Shown one piece after another: positions 17,311 to 26,648 of a DNA stretch of 64,000 bases. The notes under the pieces were generated by a model. That model saw nothing but the letters and a program-made list of their open reading frames with translations. It was not told the DNA's origin and made no database searches. This DNA is from Minisyncoccota bacterium. Its GTDB lineage: Bacteria > Patescibacteriota > Minisyncoccia > Phycocordibacterales > UBA6065. Position 1 is the first letter of the stretch. Every line of letters begins with the position of its first letter. A program made the position numbers and the translations under genes. The DNA lies in the NCBI GenBank assembly GCA_036400935.1, contig DASWWW010000002.1, positions 137,529-201,528 of the forward strand. The letters run 5' to 3'.

Positions 17311-19059
17311 ATGTCTTCTATAGAACATATCCGACACTCATTCGCCCACCTGCTCGCAGCAGCCATCGGCGACCTGTACCCAGGCGTAAAGAACACCATC
17401 GGCCCGGCGGTCGACAACGGCTTCTACTACGACTTCGACTTCTCTGCCGTCGAGGGCGGCAAGATCCCGTCGGACAAGGACTTCAACGCCATCCAGAACA
17501 AGATGCGCGGCATCCTCAAGGCCTGGAAGGGCTTCGAGGGCAAGGAGGTCTCAGAAGCCGAGGCAAAGGAGCTTTTCAAGGATAATCCGTACAAGCTCGA
17601 GCTCATCGCAGAGATCGTAAACAAGGGAGAGAAGATCACCCTCTACACCTCGGGCAACTTTACCGACCTCTGCCGAGGAGGCCATGCCGAGATCAAGGAG
17701 ATGAAGGGCGACGCCTTCAGGCTCGAGCGATTGGCCGGCGCGTACTGGCGTGGCAATGAGAAGAACGCCATGCTCACCCGCATATACGGCCTGGCATTCG
17801 AGTCCAAGGAAGCGCTCGAGAAGTACGAGAAGGACCAGGAGGAAGCAAAGAAGCGCGACCACCGCGCCATCGGCGAGAAGCTCGATCTCTTCTGCTTTGA
17901 CGAGTCTATTGGCAAGGGCCTCCCTATCTGGCTGCCAAAAGGAAACATCATCAAGGAGACCCTCGAAAAGTGGGCCAAGGAGACCGAGGAGGCATGGGGC
18001 TACCAGCGCGTAACGACGCCAGTAATCACAAAGGAGAATCTTTTCTACACCTCCGGCCACCTGCCTCTCTACAAGGACAGCATGTACGCCCCTATCGTCA
18101 TCGAGGACGAAAACTTCTACATCAAGCCGATGAACTGCCCATTCCACCACAAGGTGTTCTCGGCTCGCCCTCGCAGCTATCGCGAGCTTCCATTGCGCGT
18201 TGCTGAATACGGCTGGTGCCATAGGTACGAGGACTCAGGCAGCCTCTTTGGCCTCATGCGCGTGCGCGGCATGCAGATGAACGATGCCCACATATACGTG
18301 CCTCTCGAGCAGGCCGTTGAGGAATTCGTGCAGGTCATCAAGCTCCATGAGTACTACTACAAGATCCTCGGCATTAAGAACTACCAGATGGAGCTTGCGC
18401 TGCGCGACCCGAAGAAGATGGACAAGTACCACGGCAACGAGGAAGATTGGAAACTTGCCGAGAAAATGACTATCGAGGCTATGGAGAAATCCGGCGTGCC
18501 ATTCAAGGTTGTTCACGAAGGCGCCGCATTCTATGGGCCAAAAATGGACTTCCAGATCTTCTCATCCATCGGCCGAGCATTCACCGCGTCGACAAACCAG
18601 CTCGACCTCTTTATGGGCAAGAAATTCGATCTCGAATACACGGCCAAGGATGGCACCAAGAAGACCCCTGCAGTCATCCATCGCGCCCCTCTCGGCACGC
18701 ACGAGCGATTCATCGGCTTCCTTATCGAGCATTTCGGAGGCAATTTCCCTCTCTGGCTCTCTCCTGTGCAGGTGAAGGTCATTCCTGTGCGCGAGAATCA
18801 TGACGCGGCGGCCACGGCTGCAGCGGATCTCCTCAAGAAAGCCGGACTCCGCGTCGACCTCGACACCTCCGATGCCGGCTTCGGCAAGAAGGTCCGCGAG
18901 GCAAAAGACTACAAGGTCCCTTACACAATCATCATCGGCGACAAGGACATCGAGGCAGGCGTAGTCACCCTCGAGTCCCGTGACAAGGGCAAGGTCGGCG
19001 CCATGAAGATCGAAGAGGTAGTGGCGATGCTCTCGAAAGAGTCAGAAGCAAAGGCGTAG
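17311..19059 (+). CDS. thrS: threonyl-tRNA synthetase (editing + catalytic + anticodon-binding; no N-terminal TGS domain)
   Basis: HxxxH (IRHSFAHLL) and CxxxH (CRGGHAEI) editing-site zinc motifs, class II core motifs, 582 aa. Confidence 0.9.
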   Translation: MSSIEHIRHSFAHLLAAAIGDLYPGVKNTIGPAVDNGFYYDFDFSAVEGGKIPSDKDFNAIQNKMRGILKAWKGFEGKEVSEAEAKELFKDNPYKLELIAEIVNKGEKITLYTSGNFTDLCRGGHAEIKEMKGDAFRLERLAGAYWRGNEKNAMLTRIYGLAFESKEALEKYEKDQEEAKKRDHRAIGEKLDLFCFDESIGKGLPIWLPKGNIIKETLEKWAKETEEAWGYQRVTTPVITKENLFYTSGHLPLYKDSMYAPIVIEDENFYIKPMNCPFHHKVFSARPRSYRELPLRVAEYGWCHRYEDSGSLFGLMRVRGMQMNDAHIYVPLEQAVEEFVQVIKLHEYYYKILGIKNYQMELALRDPKKMDKYHGNEEDWKLAEKMTIEAMEKSGVPFKVVHEGAAFYGPKMDFQIFSSIGRAFTASTNQLDLFMGKKFDLEYTAKDGTKKTPAVIHRAPLGTHERFIGFLIEHFGGNFPLWLSPVQVKVIPVRENHDAAATAAADLLKKAGLRVDLDTSDAGFGKKVREAKDYKVPYTIIIGDKDIEAGVVTLESRDKGKVGAMKIEEVVAMLSKESEAKA

Positions 19060-19080
19060 CGCGCAAAGACGGACAAAGAA

Positions 19081-19110
19081 AAAAGGCCGCCTCTAGCGAG
19101 GCGGCCTTTG
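19081..19110. terminator. bidirectional intrinsic terminator (thrS / small minus-strand ORF)
   Basis: AAAA-GGCCGCCTC-TAGC-GAGGCGGCC-TTTG. Confidence 0.65.
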
Positions 19111-19131
19111 CATTAAATTGATGTAGACCTA

Positions 19132-19326
19132 CTAATCGGGAAATGAGCTGGGAGCCTTTTCCAGAAGCTCCTTAACAGTCATGTCGAGTTCGTCGGCAAT
19201 GTGCTGAAGCTGAGATTCAACCTCAGGAGTACGCGTGACGTAGCGCAGCCGAGAGGCTTGCTCTAGATACCCATCGCGGTCGATAGCGGAAAGGACAGCC
19301 ATATATTTGGAAATAGTATACGCCAT
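19132..19326 (-). CDS. small hypothetical protein (64 aa) in the low-GC islet
   Basis: MAYTISKYMAVLSAIDRDGYLEQASRL...; the ORF track's 153-aa version has an implausible N-terminal extension. A terminator follows at 19081-19110. Confidence 0.35.
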   Translation of the reverse strand: MAYTISKYMAVLSAIDRDGYLEQASRLRYVTRTPEVESQLQHIADELDMTVKELLEKAPSSFPD

Positions 19327-19346
19327 ATGGGTATTTTGTAAATAAA

Positions 19347-19372
19347 AAAGCCGCACGCTATTGTGCGGGCGG
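19347..19372 (-). terminator. intrinsic terminator after the 106-aa ORF
   Basis: CCGCAC-GCTATT-GTGCGG hairpin with a U-run on the minus strand. Confidence 0.5.
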
Positions 19373-19678
19373 CGGATCTGAAATAGTAAGCCCCGGCAAG
19401 ACCGCTTTATCTTCTTTGGCGCTTGGGCTATAAAGAGACTTCTTAAAGAAAATTTCAGAAACATTAAATGCGATCTGATATATCCAAAGAGGTACAGAGC
19501 CAATAAGCAGAACATTGTCACACTCAGACTCCGGTATCGCTTCAACATAAGCCAGCGCATTCCGGTATATCGCCAAGTGATTCCCCCTTTCATTTATCGG
19601 GAACTTATCTTCAGGCTTTGCAAACCTACAGCCCTTGTAGAAAGCGGAATTCGCATCCGACAAATCGATGGTAACCAT
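19358..19678 (-). CDS. hypothetical protein (106 aa) in the low-GC islet
   Basis: Intact ORF in an AT-rich stretch (about 45% GC against about 58% elsewhere), with its own terminator. Confidence 0.35.
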   Translation of the reverse strand: MVTIDLSDANSAFYKGCRFAKPEDKFPINERGNHLAIYRNALAYVEAIPESECDNVLLIGSVPLWIYQIAFNVSEIFFKKSLYSPSAKEDKAVLPGLTISDPPPAQ

Positions 19679-19747
19679 AAAATGTACTAACGGACCCGTT
19701 CCGTTTTGCTACAACCTAGTATAGCGACCGGGATAAGTCAACGATAC

Positions 19748-19772
19748 GAAAAGCCGCCCTTGCGGGCGGCTC
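19748..19772 (-). terminator. intrinsic terminator after gyrB
   Basis: GCCGCCC-TTGC-GGGCGGC with a U-run on the minus strand. Confidence 0.6.
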
Positions 19773-19786
19773 TCCTATTTGAATGA

Positions 19787-21874
19787 CTATACGTCAATCG
19801 TTGCCTTGTGGGCGTTGGACTGGATGAAGGACTTTCGGGACGGAACGTCGGTACCCATGAGCATATCGAATACCTTGTCTGCGTCCTGGGCGTCGGCGAT
19901 GTTGACCTGCTTGAGGATTCGGCGAGCCGGGTCCATGGTCGTCTCCCAAAGCTCTTCCGAGTTCATCTCTCCGAGACCCTTGTATCGCTGGACGTAGAGC
20001 TTTGGGGCCTTCTTGCCGCCCTTGGCGTCGGCAGATTCCTCGGCTTCAGCCTCTGCGGCTGCCTCGTCCGTGATGACCTCCTCCTCGAGAGGGATCTCGT
20101 CCTTTCCGAGGACCTTGGTCTTCTCCTCTTCGGAGTAGAAGTACATGATCTCCTTGCCCCTCTTAACCTTGTAGAGCGGCGGCTGGGCGATATAGATGTA
20201 TCCACCCTCGATCAGAGGCTTGAAGTACCTGTACATGAGAGTGAGGATGAGCGTTCGGATGTGCGCGCCGTCGACGTCCGCATCGGTAGCGATGATGATC
20301 TTGTGATAGCGGAGCTTCGAGATGTCGAACGTCTCGCCGATAGCCGTTCCCATGGCCACGACAAGATTCTTGATCTGCTCCGATCCGAGCATGCGGTCGA
20401 GGCGGGCTCGCTCGATGTTGAGGATCTTTCCTCGGAGCGGGAGGATGGCCTGAGTCTTTCGGTTTCGGCCGGTCTTTGCCGTACCTCCCGCGGAGTCTCC
20501 CTCCACGATGAAGATCTCGGAGACCGAAGCGTCGTCAGATTCGCAGTCGGCAAGCTTTCCCGGGAGCGTCATGCCTTCGAGGGCGCCCTTTCGCAGGATA
20601 GAATCCTTTGCCGCCTTTGCCGCCTTTCGGGCGCGCAATGCGAGGATTGCCTTTGAAATGATTGCCTTGGCGTCGTCAGGATTCTCCTCGAGGAACATGG
20701 TGAATGCCTCGCCGAATACGGTCGCGGTCGCGGCCTGTGCCTCGACGGAGCCGAGCTTGGCCTTTGTCTGGCCTTCGAACTGGATCTCCCGGAGCTTTAC
20801 GGAAACGGCCGCGGTGAGGCCCTCGAGCACGTCGTCGCCGGTAAAGTTCTCCTCGCTTTCCTTGGTCAGGCCGTTCTTGCGGGAATAGCTGTTGAGGATA
20901 CGGGTGAGCGCGGTCTTGAAGCCGGTGATATGGGTACCGCCTTCTGAGTTATAGATATTGTTCGCGAACGGCAGGATACGCGACGAGATGTCGTCGACGT
21001 ACTGGAGCGCGATCTCTACCGACTCGACGCCTTCGACCTTCTTCTCTACGTAGAAGATGTTCTTGTGAACGGGCTTCTGTATGAAGTTGGTGAAGCGGAC
21101 GAGCGAGACGAGGCCTCCCTCGAAATAGAATGCCTCTGACGGAGAGTCAATGTTGAGCTCGCGGAAATAGTGCACGCCCTCGAGGTCGATCTGGCCGGCA
21201 TAGTCGCGGGCGTCGATGATAGTGATGCGGAGGCCGCGCACGAGATACGCCTGCTGTCGCAAGTAGTTCACCATTCGCCTGAAGTCGAACTTCTGGACGC
21301 CGAAGATGGCGGTATCAGGCTCGAACATGACGACGGTGCCGTGGGCCTTCGAGCTGCCGATCTTCTTTACGGCAGCCTTCTTCTTGCCCTGAGAGTATTC
21401 CTGCATGAAAATTCCGCCATCCTTGTGGACCTCGACGCGGCACATGATAGAGAGGGCGTTCACCACGGACGCACCCACTCCGTGAAGGCCTCCGGAAACC
21501 TTGTAGCCCGAATCCTCGCCTCCGAACTTTCCTCCGGCATGGAGGACGGTCATGATGGTCTCGAGAGCGGAGACCTTTGTCGTCTTGTGGACGTCTACGG
21601 GGATGCCTCGGCCGTTATCGACGACACGGACGATCTCGTTTCCGTGCTCGCCCTTCATGAAGGTGATCTCGATGTCGTTCGCGTGGCCTCCCATGGCCTC
21701 GTCGCGGGAGTTGTCGAAGATTTCGTTGATGAGGTGATGGAAGCCGTCTGGGCCGGTCGTTCCGATGTACATTCCGGGGCGCTTTCGGACGGGCTCGAGA
21801 CCCTCGAGGACCTGGATCGAATCGGCACCGTACGAATCCTGCTTCTTGGTGTTTTTAGTATCTTCTTTGGCCAT
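19787..21874 (-). CDS. gyrB: DNA gyrase subunit B
   Basis: GHKL ATPase N-terminus (LEGLEPVRKRPGMYIG, HHLINEIFDNSRDEA), TOPRIM domain and GyrB C-terminal tail. Confidence 0.9.
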   Translation of the reverse strand: MAKEDTKNTKKQDSYGADSIQVLEGLEPVRKRPGMYIGTTGPDGFHHLINEIFDNSRDEAMGGHANDIEITFMKGEHGNEIVRVVDNGRGIPVDVHKTTKVSALETIMTVLHAGGKFGGEDSGYKVSGGLHGVGASVVNALSIMCRVEVHKDGGIFMQEYSQGKKKAAVKKIGSSKAHGTVVMFEPDTAIFGVQKFDFRRMVNYLRQQAYLVRGLRITIIDARDYAGQIDLEGVHYFRELNIDSPSEAFYFEGGLVSLVRFTNFIQKPVHKNIFYVEKKVEGVESVEIALQYVDDISSRILPFANNIYNSEGGTHITGFKTALTRILNSYSRKNGLTKESEENFTGDDVLEGLTAAVSVKLREIQFEGQTKAKLGSVEAQAATATVFGEAFTMFLEENPDDAKAIISKAILALRARKAAKAAKDSILRKGALEGMTLPGKLADCESDDASVSEIFIVEGDSAGGTAKTGRNRKTQAILPLRGKILNIERARLDRMLGSEQIKNLVVAMGTAIGETFDISKLRYHKIIIATDADVDGAHIRTLILTLMYRYFKPLIEGGYIYIAQPPLYKVKRGKEIMYFYSEEEKTKVLGKDEIPLEEEVITDEAAAEAEAEESADAKGGKKAPKLYVQRYKGLGEMNSEELWETTMDPARRILKQVNIADAQDADKVFDMLMGTDVPSRKSFIQSNAHKATIDV

Positions 21875-22038
21875 ACATATGGGTTAAATGTGAGAAAAGT
21901 ATACCAAATTTGGCGCTTTATCGCCCATTGACAAATGAACTATTTCTGGTACTATACCCACAGAAACGGCTCTAGGCATAGGTTGAATGGGACAAAGAAA
22001 GCACGGCTCGCCCGCGCTCTGTTTGTCCCACTTAATCA

Positions 22039-22437
22039 ATGTCTTACAGATCGAAATTCCAAAAAATCAGTACGACAATCCTCGTACTTGTCGGCGCGGC
22101 GGTGATACAGGCCTGCACCCATTGGGGAGTAACGGCATGCCTGGCATTCTTCATCGCCTTCCTGGCTAATCGCCAAACCACAGACTGGCAGCATCGGATG
22201 TTCGCCCCGGCAATGATCCTCGGCAGCCTCGTCGGGCGGACCGCGGTAGATTTTCTCAAGCACTCGAAGAGCCCGCTCGACCTCTGGGGCACTCCGGGGA
22301 TCTATTGGCTGGCCGTAAGCCTGCTGGTGATCGCCGGATGCTACTACCTGGGTACCATCATCGAGAAACACCTTCACGCGCTTGCGACGAAAATGCAATC
22401 GAAGCGCAATGTCAGAGTCAGAGAGACGTACCTCTAA
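22039..22437 (+). CDS. membrane protein (132 aa)
   Basis: Multiple TM helices, and a terminator at 22421-22455 immediately follows the stop. The overlapping minus-strand ORF is rejected. Confidence 0.5.
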   Translation: MSYRSKFQKISTTILVLVGAAVIQACTHWGVTACLAFFIAFLANRQTTDWQHRMFAPAMILGSLVGRTAVDFLKHSKSPLDLWGTPGIYWLAVSLLVIAGCYYLGTIIEKHLHALATKMQSKRNVRVRETYL

Positions 22438-22455
22438 GGGTCGTCTCTTTTTTAT
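22421..22455 (+). terminator. intrinsic terminator
   Basis: GAGACG...CGTCTC hairpin followed by TTTTTTAT. Confidence 0.55.
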
Positions 22456-22480
22456 ATTCAAGAAAGCTGCGCGGAGCGAG

Positions 22481-24460
22481 CTAACGAACCTCCCAACCCT
22501 TTGCCTTTACGGCCGCATAGATAGCCTGCATGAAGGCATTCACCTCATCGTCAGAAAGCGTCTTTGAGAAAGACTGGAAAATCATGCGGAAAGCGTACGA
22601 AGTCTTGCCGTCCTTGGTGAAGGCGTCGAACATGTCGGGCCCCTTTACGAGAAGCTCGCTGGCCGCTGACTGGGCCGCGGCTTTTATAGTAGCGGCGACC
22701 TCCTCCCCATTCACCGTCGCGGGCACGAAGAGGGCGATGTCGCGGCTGATGAACGGATAATGCGAGAACGGCACGTATTTCTTGTCCTTCGGAAGCGCCT
22801 TGAAATCGAGATCCTTGAGAGACGCTGATTGAGCGCCATTCTTTGCAGAAAGCTTTGTGACGAGTGCGTCGAAATCAGCCTCGATAATCGCGCCGAACTG
22901 CCCCACCTCGATCTTTGCGTCGAGCGATACGGCCAAGGCCGCTTCAAGATTCGCCACGGCATCCTTCAGGACGGACTCGGACGTGACACCCTTCTTTTTC
23001 TTTACCTGGGAGACGCCAATGCAGATAGAGGTCTTTTCGCCGGTCTTCGGGAAAACCCTGCCGATCTCACACATGCGGATCGTCTCGAGGCCGAGAAGGT
23101 CGGCGTTGCGGGCATTATCGACGAGAGCCTGCGAGAGCTTTGGAGAGAGCCTCTCTCGCAATGCCGACTTGTCGCTCGCCAACGGATAGGTGACTTCGAA
23201 TGCGCCCTTCGGGACGAGGACGTAGAGGATCATCTCGGAGAATCCGGCAGAAACGAGGACGCTCTTCACTTTCTCTGACCAATAGAACGTCGAATCGATG
23301 GCGACCGGAGCGATATCGGGAGTCTGTACGCCGACCAATTCGCCGTAGCCCTTGATGCGGGCGATCTCGTCGCTCACATCCTCGGTAATGATCATGTCCA
23401 AACGGTCCAAGGGCGGTGTAACTGAAAGCATGTCTCCTGAAACGGAAACCTCGCAGCCCTGTCTCTTCAGAATATCCTCTACCTCGGCCTGCGAAACCGG
23501 CATGCCGACCATCGATGAAATGTATGAAACGGGAACGGTAACGGTCCATGGTCGGGCCGGGGCAGGATAGATATCTGTCGCGATGCCCGCTTTTGCTGGC
23601 GATACGGCATTCGCGCCCGCATCTTTCGAGAGCTCGAGTATGAGAGCGGTCACCTGATCCAGGGCGCGGGACGCGAGATCGGGTGTGATCTCGTTCTCGA
23701 ATCGCTTTGACGAGTCGTTTCGCAAATTCGTGCGGGTGGCGGTGCGGCGGACGGTCGTTGGATTGAAATTGGCCGCCTCGATGATGATATTTTTCGTAGA
23801 CTTGGTGACTTCGGCGCGCTTGCCCCCTTTGACGCCGGCGATAGCAAGCGCGCCGAGGGTATCCGCGATGACGAGGTCGCTCTCCTTGAGCTCGATCTCG
23901 CGGCCGTCGAGGATGGTGATCTTCTCGCCTGCCATCGCCTTGCGCACGGTGATGACGCCCTGGACCTTATCAGCGTCGAAAGCGTGCAGGGGCTGGCCCA
24001 TGTCGAACATGACGAAATTAGTGGCGTCGACGATGGCGTTTATCGAGCGGGCGCCGATAGCGGTCAGCCTCTCGGAGAGCCACGCAGGCGAATCGGCGCC
24101 CGCCACCCCGTCCACCCTACGCGCCATATAGCGCGGGCAGAGCTTCGAATCCGTAACATGAACGAGAACCTCCGCAACGGTCTTGTCAGGGGCAATTTCG
24201 GGCTCTACAGAGGCTTTTAGAGGCATTTTCGCGATAACGCTCGCCTCCCGAGCGATACCGGCATGGCACAGGGCGTAATGGCTGCGATCAGGCAGGATTT
24301 TCAAATCAAGAACAGAGTCGGCATCTGCAACACCATCAAGCGCGGCCTTCTCCATGCCCTCAAGCTCGAACGCATGCGCATTGAAAAGCTCGCCGAGCTT
24401 TTCCGGATCCGGAAGCTTGTCTGCGAAATACGTCTGGAGCCATGCGTACGAGATTTTCAT
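22481..24460 (-). CDS. pheT: phenylalanyl-tRNA synthetase beta subunit (short form lacking the N-terminal tRNA-binding OB domain)
   Basis: MKISYAWLQTYF N-terminus; B3/4, B5 and catalytic-like domains, with a C-terminal FDX-ACB-like end; 659 aa. Confidence 0.85.
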   Translation of the reverse strand: MKISYAWLQTYFADKLPDPEKLGELFNAHAFELEGMEKAALDGVADADSVLDLKILPDRSHYALCHAGIAREASVIAKMPLKASVEPEIAPDKTVAEVLVHVTDSKLCPRYMARRVDGVAGADSPAWLSERLTAIGARSINAIVDATNFVMFDMGQPLHAFDADKVQGVITVRKAMAGEKITILDGREIELKESDLVIADTLGALAIAGVKGGKRAEVTKSTKNIIIEAANFNPTTVRRTATRTNLRNDSSKRFENEITPDLASRALDQVTALILELSKDAGANAVSPAKAGIATDIYPAPARPWTVTVPVSYISSMVGMPVSQAEVEDILKRQGCEVSVSGDMLSVTPPLDRLDMIITEDVSDEIARIKGYGELVGVQTPDIAPVAIDSTFYWSEKVKSVLVSAGFSEMILYVLVPKGAFEVTYPLASDKSALRERLSPKLSQALVDNARNADLLGLETIRMCEIGRVFPKTGEKTSICIGVSQVKKKKGVTSESVLKDAVANLEAALAVSLDAKIEVGQFGAIIEADFDALVTKLSAKNGAQSASLKDLDFKALPKDKKYVPFSHYPFISRDIALFVPATVNGEEVAATIKAAAQSAASELLVKGPDMFDAFTKDGKTSYAFRMIFQSFSKTLSDDEVNAFMQAIYAAVKAKGWEVR

Positions 24461-24487
24461 ATGGTTTGAAAATGGGCGAAAATGCGC

Positions 24488-25225
24488 TTAAAACTGATTG
24501 ATCAAGCGGAGGTCGCCCGAATAAAGGTGGCGGATGTCGTCGATACCGTAGCGCAAGAGCACGAGTCGGTCGACGCCCATGCCGAAAGCGAATCCTTTCC
24601 AGACAGCGGGATCAAGCCCAGACGCCTTGATGACGTGAGGATGGACGAGACCGGCACCGCAGGCCTCGAGCCACTTGTTCTTCCACCAGACATCCACCTC
24701 CACTCCCGGCTCCACGAAGCCGAAGTAGCTCGAGCGGAAGCGGATCTTGGTCTCGGGGCCGAGGAATTCCTTGAAGAAGCGCTCCAAAGTTCCCTTCAGC
24801 TCCGCCATCGAGACAGACTTGTTCACATAAAGGCCCTCGAACTGATGGAACTGCGCCTCATGGGTCGCGTCGGTCGCCTCGTTTCGGTATACCTTGCCCG
24901 GGACGACGATCTTGAAGGGGCGCGGACTAGCGCCGTTTGCCGCTGCCTCTTTCGCGACCGATTCCATGAATCGGACCTGCACGGACGACGTTTGCGTGCG
25001 CATAACCTTGCGCTGTTCGCCTGGCTTGGTTCTTATCCAGAACGTGTCCTGCATATCGCGAGAAGGGTGATCGCCAGGCATATTCAGGGCATCGAAGTTA
25101 TAGAACTCAGTCTCGAGCTCCGGGCCCTGGGTAACGGAAAAACCCATCTTGTCGAAGATAGCGGACATCTCGCGGATAACGGATGTTACAGGATGAAGGT
25201 GGCCTTTCAGCGCGTCGTCTTTCAT
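24488..25225 (-). CDS. pheS: phenylalanyl-tRNA synthetase alpha subunit (catalytic core only)
   Basis: HPVT...FDALNMPGDHPSRDMQDTFW class II motifs; 245 aa and no N-terminal coiled-coil arm. Confidence 0.85.
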   Translation of the reverse strand: MKDDALKGHLHPVTSVIREMSAIFDKMGFSVTQGPELETEFYNFDALNMPGDHPSRDMQDTFWIRTKPGEQRKVMRTQTSSVQVRFMESVAKEAAANGASPRPFKIVVPGKVYRNEATDATHEAQFHQFEGLYVNKSVSMAELKGTLERFFKEFLGPETKIRFRSSYFGFVEPGVEVDVWWKNKWLEACGAGLVHPHVIKASGLDPAVWKGFAFGMGVDRLVLLRYGIDDIRHLYSGDLRLINQF

Positions 25226-25364
25226 GGCTTAGACTATAGCACTTTTGGCAGAAATTTCCACGCGCGGGCGCGATTGCGACGGCGCGGGCGAAGTGACTTT
25301 TTTAATATCTTAGGAAAACCTCAAATCCCTCAGCCCTTTCTGACAACGTTTTTCTCTCTATCTG

Positions 25365-25391
25365 ATTTTGTAGTATTTTTTACTACAAAAT
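25365..25391. repeat. perfect inverted repeat ATTTTGTAGTA-T5-TACTACAAAAT upstream of pheST
   Basis: Read directly from the sequence. It has the same core as the repeat at 11092-11141. Confidence 0.7.
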
Positions 25392-25517
25392 GCCTACGAC
25401 GGAGAAAGTACTACCGCTACCTTTAGCCACGTCGCTTATCGCCTCATCCGCCAAGCAAAAACCGCCTTTTGGACGGTTTTTACGCTAGTCAATTCGCTGA
25501 TTGCTGGCCTACTTTTT

Positions 25518-25593
25518 TGGAGCCACCTCTCGGGCTTGAACCGAGGACCTACTGTTTACAAAACAGTTGCTCTACCAACTGAGCTAAGGTGGC
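25518..25593 (-). tRNA. tRNA-Thr (anticodon UGU), 3' CCA encoded
   Basis: The reverse complement GCCACCTTAGCTCAGTTGGTAGAGCAACTGTTTTGTAAACAGTAGGTCCTCGGTTCAAGCCCGAGAGGTGGCTCCA folds as a cloverleaf. The anticodon loop is TTTGTAA. Confidence 0.85.
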
Positions 25594-25632
25594 ATGCGCC
25601 TTTCGGCGGTGCCCAACTAACTTACCACAACA

Positions 25633-26082
25633 TTACTTATTGTCCAAAGCGTCCTCAGCCGCCGCTTCCGTCCGCGCGGCGGTAACCGTCTCCTCAATCT
25701 TGCCCTCGCCGCCAGCCTTGGCGCCCTCCTTTACCTTCTTGAGGTAGAACGAGGCAGCGCCGCCGCGCACGAGATCCTCCTTCTTCTGAGAGGCCTTGGT
25801 CACGACGTCCGAGGACGCCTTGTGGACTTTGTGCGAGAAGTGCATCAAAAACCGAACGACGTGGACGAAAATATAATTCGCAAGCAATACGCCGTTTTTG
25901 ATCGTGAGGTACGACACGAATCGGCGCGTCTTGTGATGGACGTCGTGCAAAACCGGATCTGCCTTCGCGCGGACGGCATGGATGGGAGTTTTCACTCCTC
26001 GAGAGCTCTCGTAGCGCTTGTGAACGATGATTGCAGTCATCGCAGCGAACGAAACCGCTAGAAGCGAGAGCTCGACTACCAT
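25633..26082 (-). CDS. hypothetical membrane-anchored protein (149 aa)
   Basis: N-terminal TM helix and charged C-terminus, immediately downstream of tsf on the same strand. Confidence 0.4.
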   Translation of the reverse strand: MVVELSLLAVSFAAMTAIIVHKRYESSRGVKTPIHAVRAKADPVLHDVHHKTRRFVSYLTIKNGVLLANYIFVHVVRFLMHFSHKVHKASSDVVTKASQKKEDLVRGGAASFYLKKVKEGAKAGGEGKIEETVTAARTEAAAEDALDNK

Positions 26083-26086
26083 GGGA

Positions 26087-26566
26087 TTAAGCGCTGTAGC
26101 GCGTGAATCGCGTGATCTCGATCTTCTCGCCGAACTTCTGGGTTGCAGAAGAGAGAAGGCCCGCGACCGTTAGCTCGGGATTCTTGATGAAAGGCTGGTC
26201 CAAGAGGATAGACTCGGCAGGAGTGCCCGCTGGAGCGCCGTCCGCCTTTACGGCGACAGGGTTGGTAGCGGCGGTGTGCATAGCGATATCGTAAGCCATG
26301 GCCTTGAACTCAGGATTTCGCGCGACGAAGTCGGTCTCGCATGCGAGCTCGATCATGACGCCGACGGTGCCTGACGAATGAACGTACGCCGCGATCTGGG
26401 TAGCGTTGAGGGTCCGGTCGCCCTTCTTGGCAGCCGCCTCGCCCGCCTTCTCCTTTATGATGGCGAGAGCCTTCGCCTTGTCGCCGCCGGCAGCGTCGAG
26501 GGCCTTCTTGCACTGCATGACTGACACGCCGGTCTCTTCTCGAAGCTCTTTGATAAGGTCGTTCAT
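26087..26566 (-). CDS. tsf: elongation factor Ts, minimal form (159 aa)
   Basis: MNDLIKELREETGVSVMQCKKAL UBA-like N-terminus plus the EF-Ts core; it is directly downstream of rpsB. Confidence 0.8.
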   Translation of the reverse strand: MNDLIKELREETGVSVMQCKKALDAAGGDKAKALAIIKEKAGEAAAKKGDRTLNATQIAAYVHSSGTVGVMIELACETDFVARNPEFKAMAYDIAMHTAATNPVAVKADGAPAGTPAESILLDQPFIKNPELTVAGLLSSATQKFGEKIEITRFTRYSA

Positions 26567-26648
26567 AAGGATAACGTTAAATGTATTAAGGTAGGGTCTA
26601 GTATAGCAGAAAGGCGGCCGTATTTCACGCGCCGCCCTCTGGTTTGGA

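Noticed and set aside
5338-19372. The shared GCTATTG loop sequence in two terminator hairpins (5338-5372 and 19347-19372), considered as a repeated element.
   Set aside because: Only the 6-7 nt loop is shared and the stems differ. This is too short to distinguish from chance.
22036-22461. A 141-aa minus-strand ORF overlapping the 132-aa membrane-protein gene.
   Set aside because: The plus-strand ORF has clean TM helices and an intrinsic terminator immediately after its stop. The minus-strand product is Arg-rich and not protein-like.
25518-25593. A functional link between tRNA-Thr(UGU) and the candidate thrS T-box.
   Set aside because: The tRNA is 8 kb away and on the other strand, and the T-box specifier (ACC) would read tRNA-Thr(GGU), not UGU. 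No link is supported.
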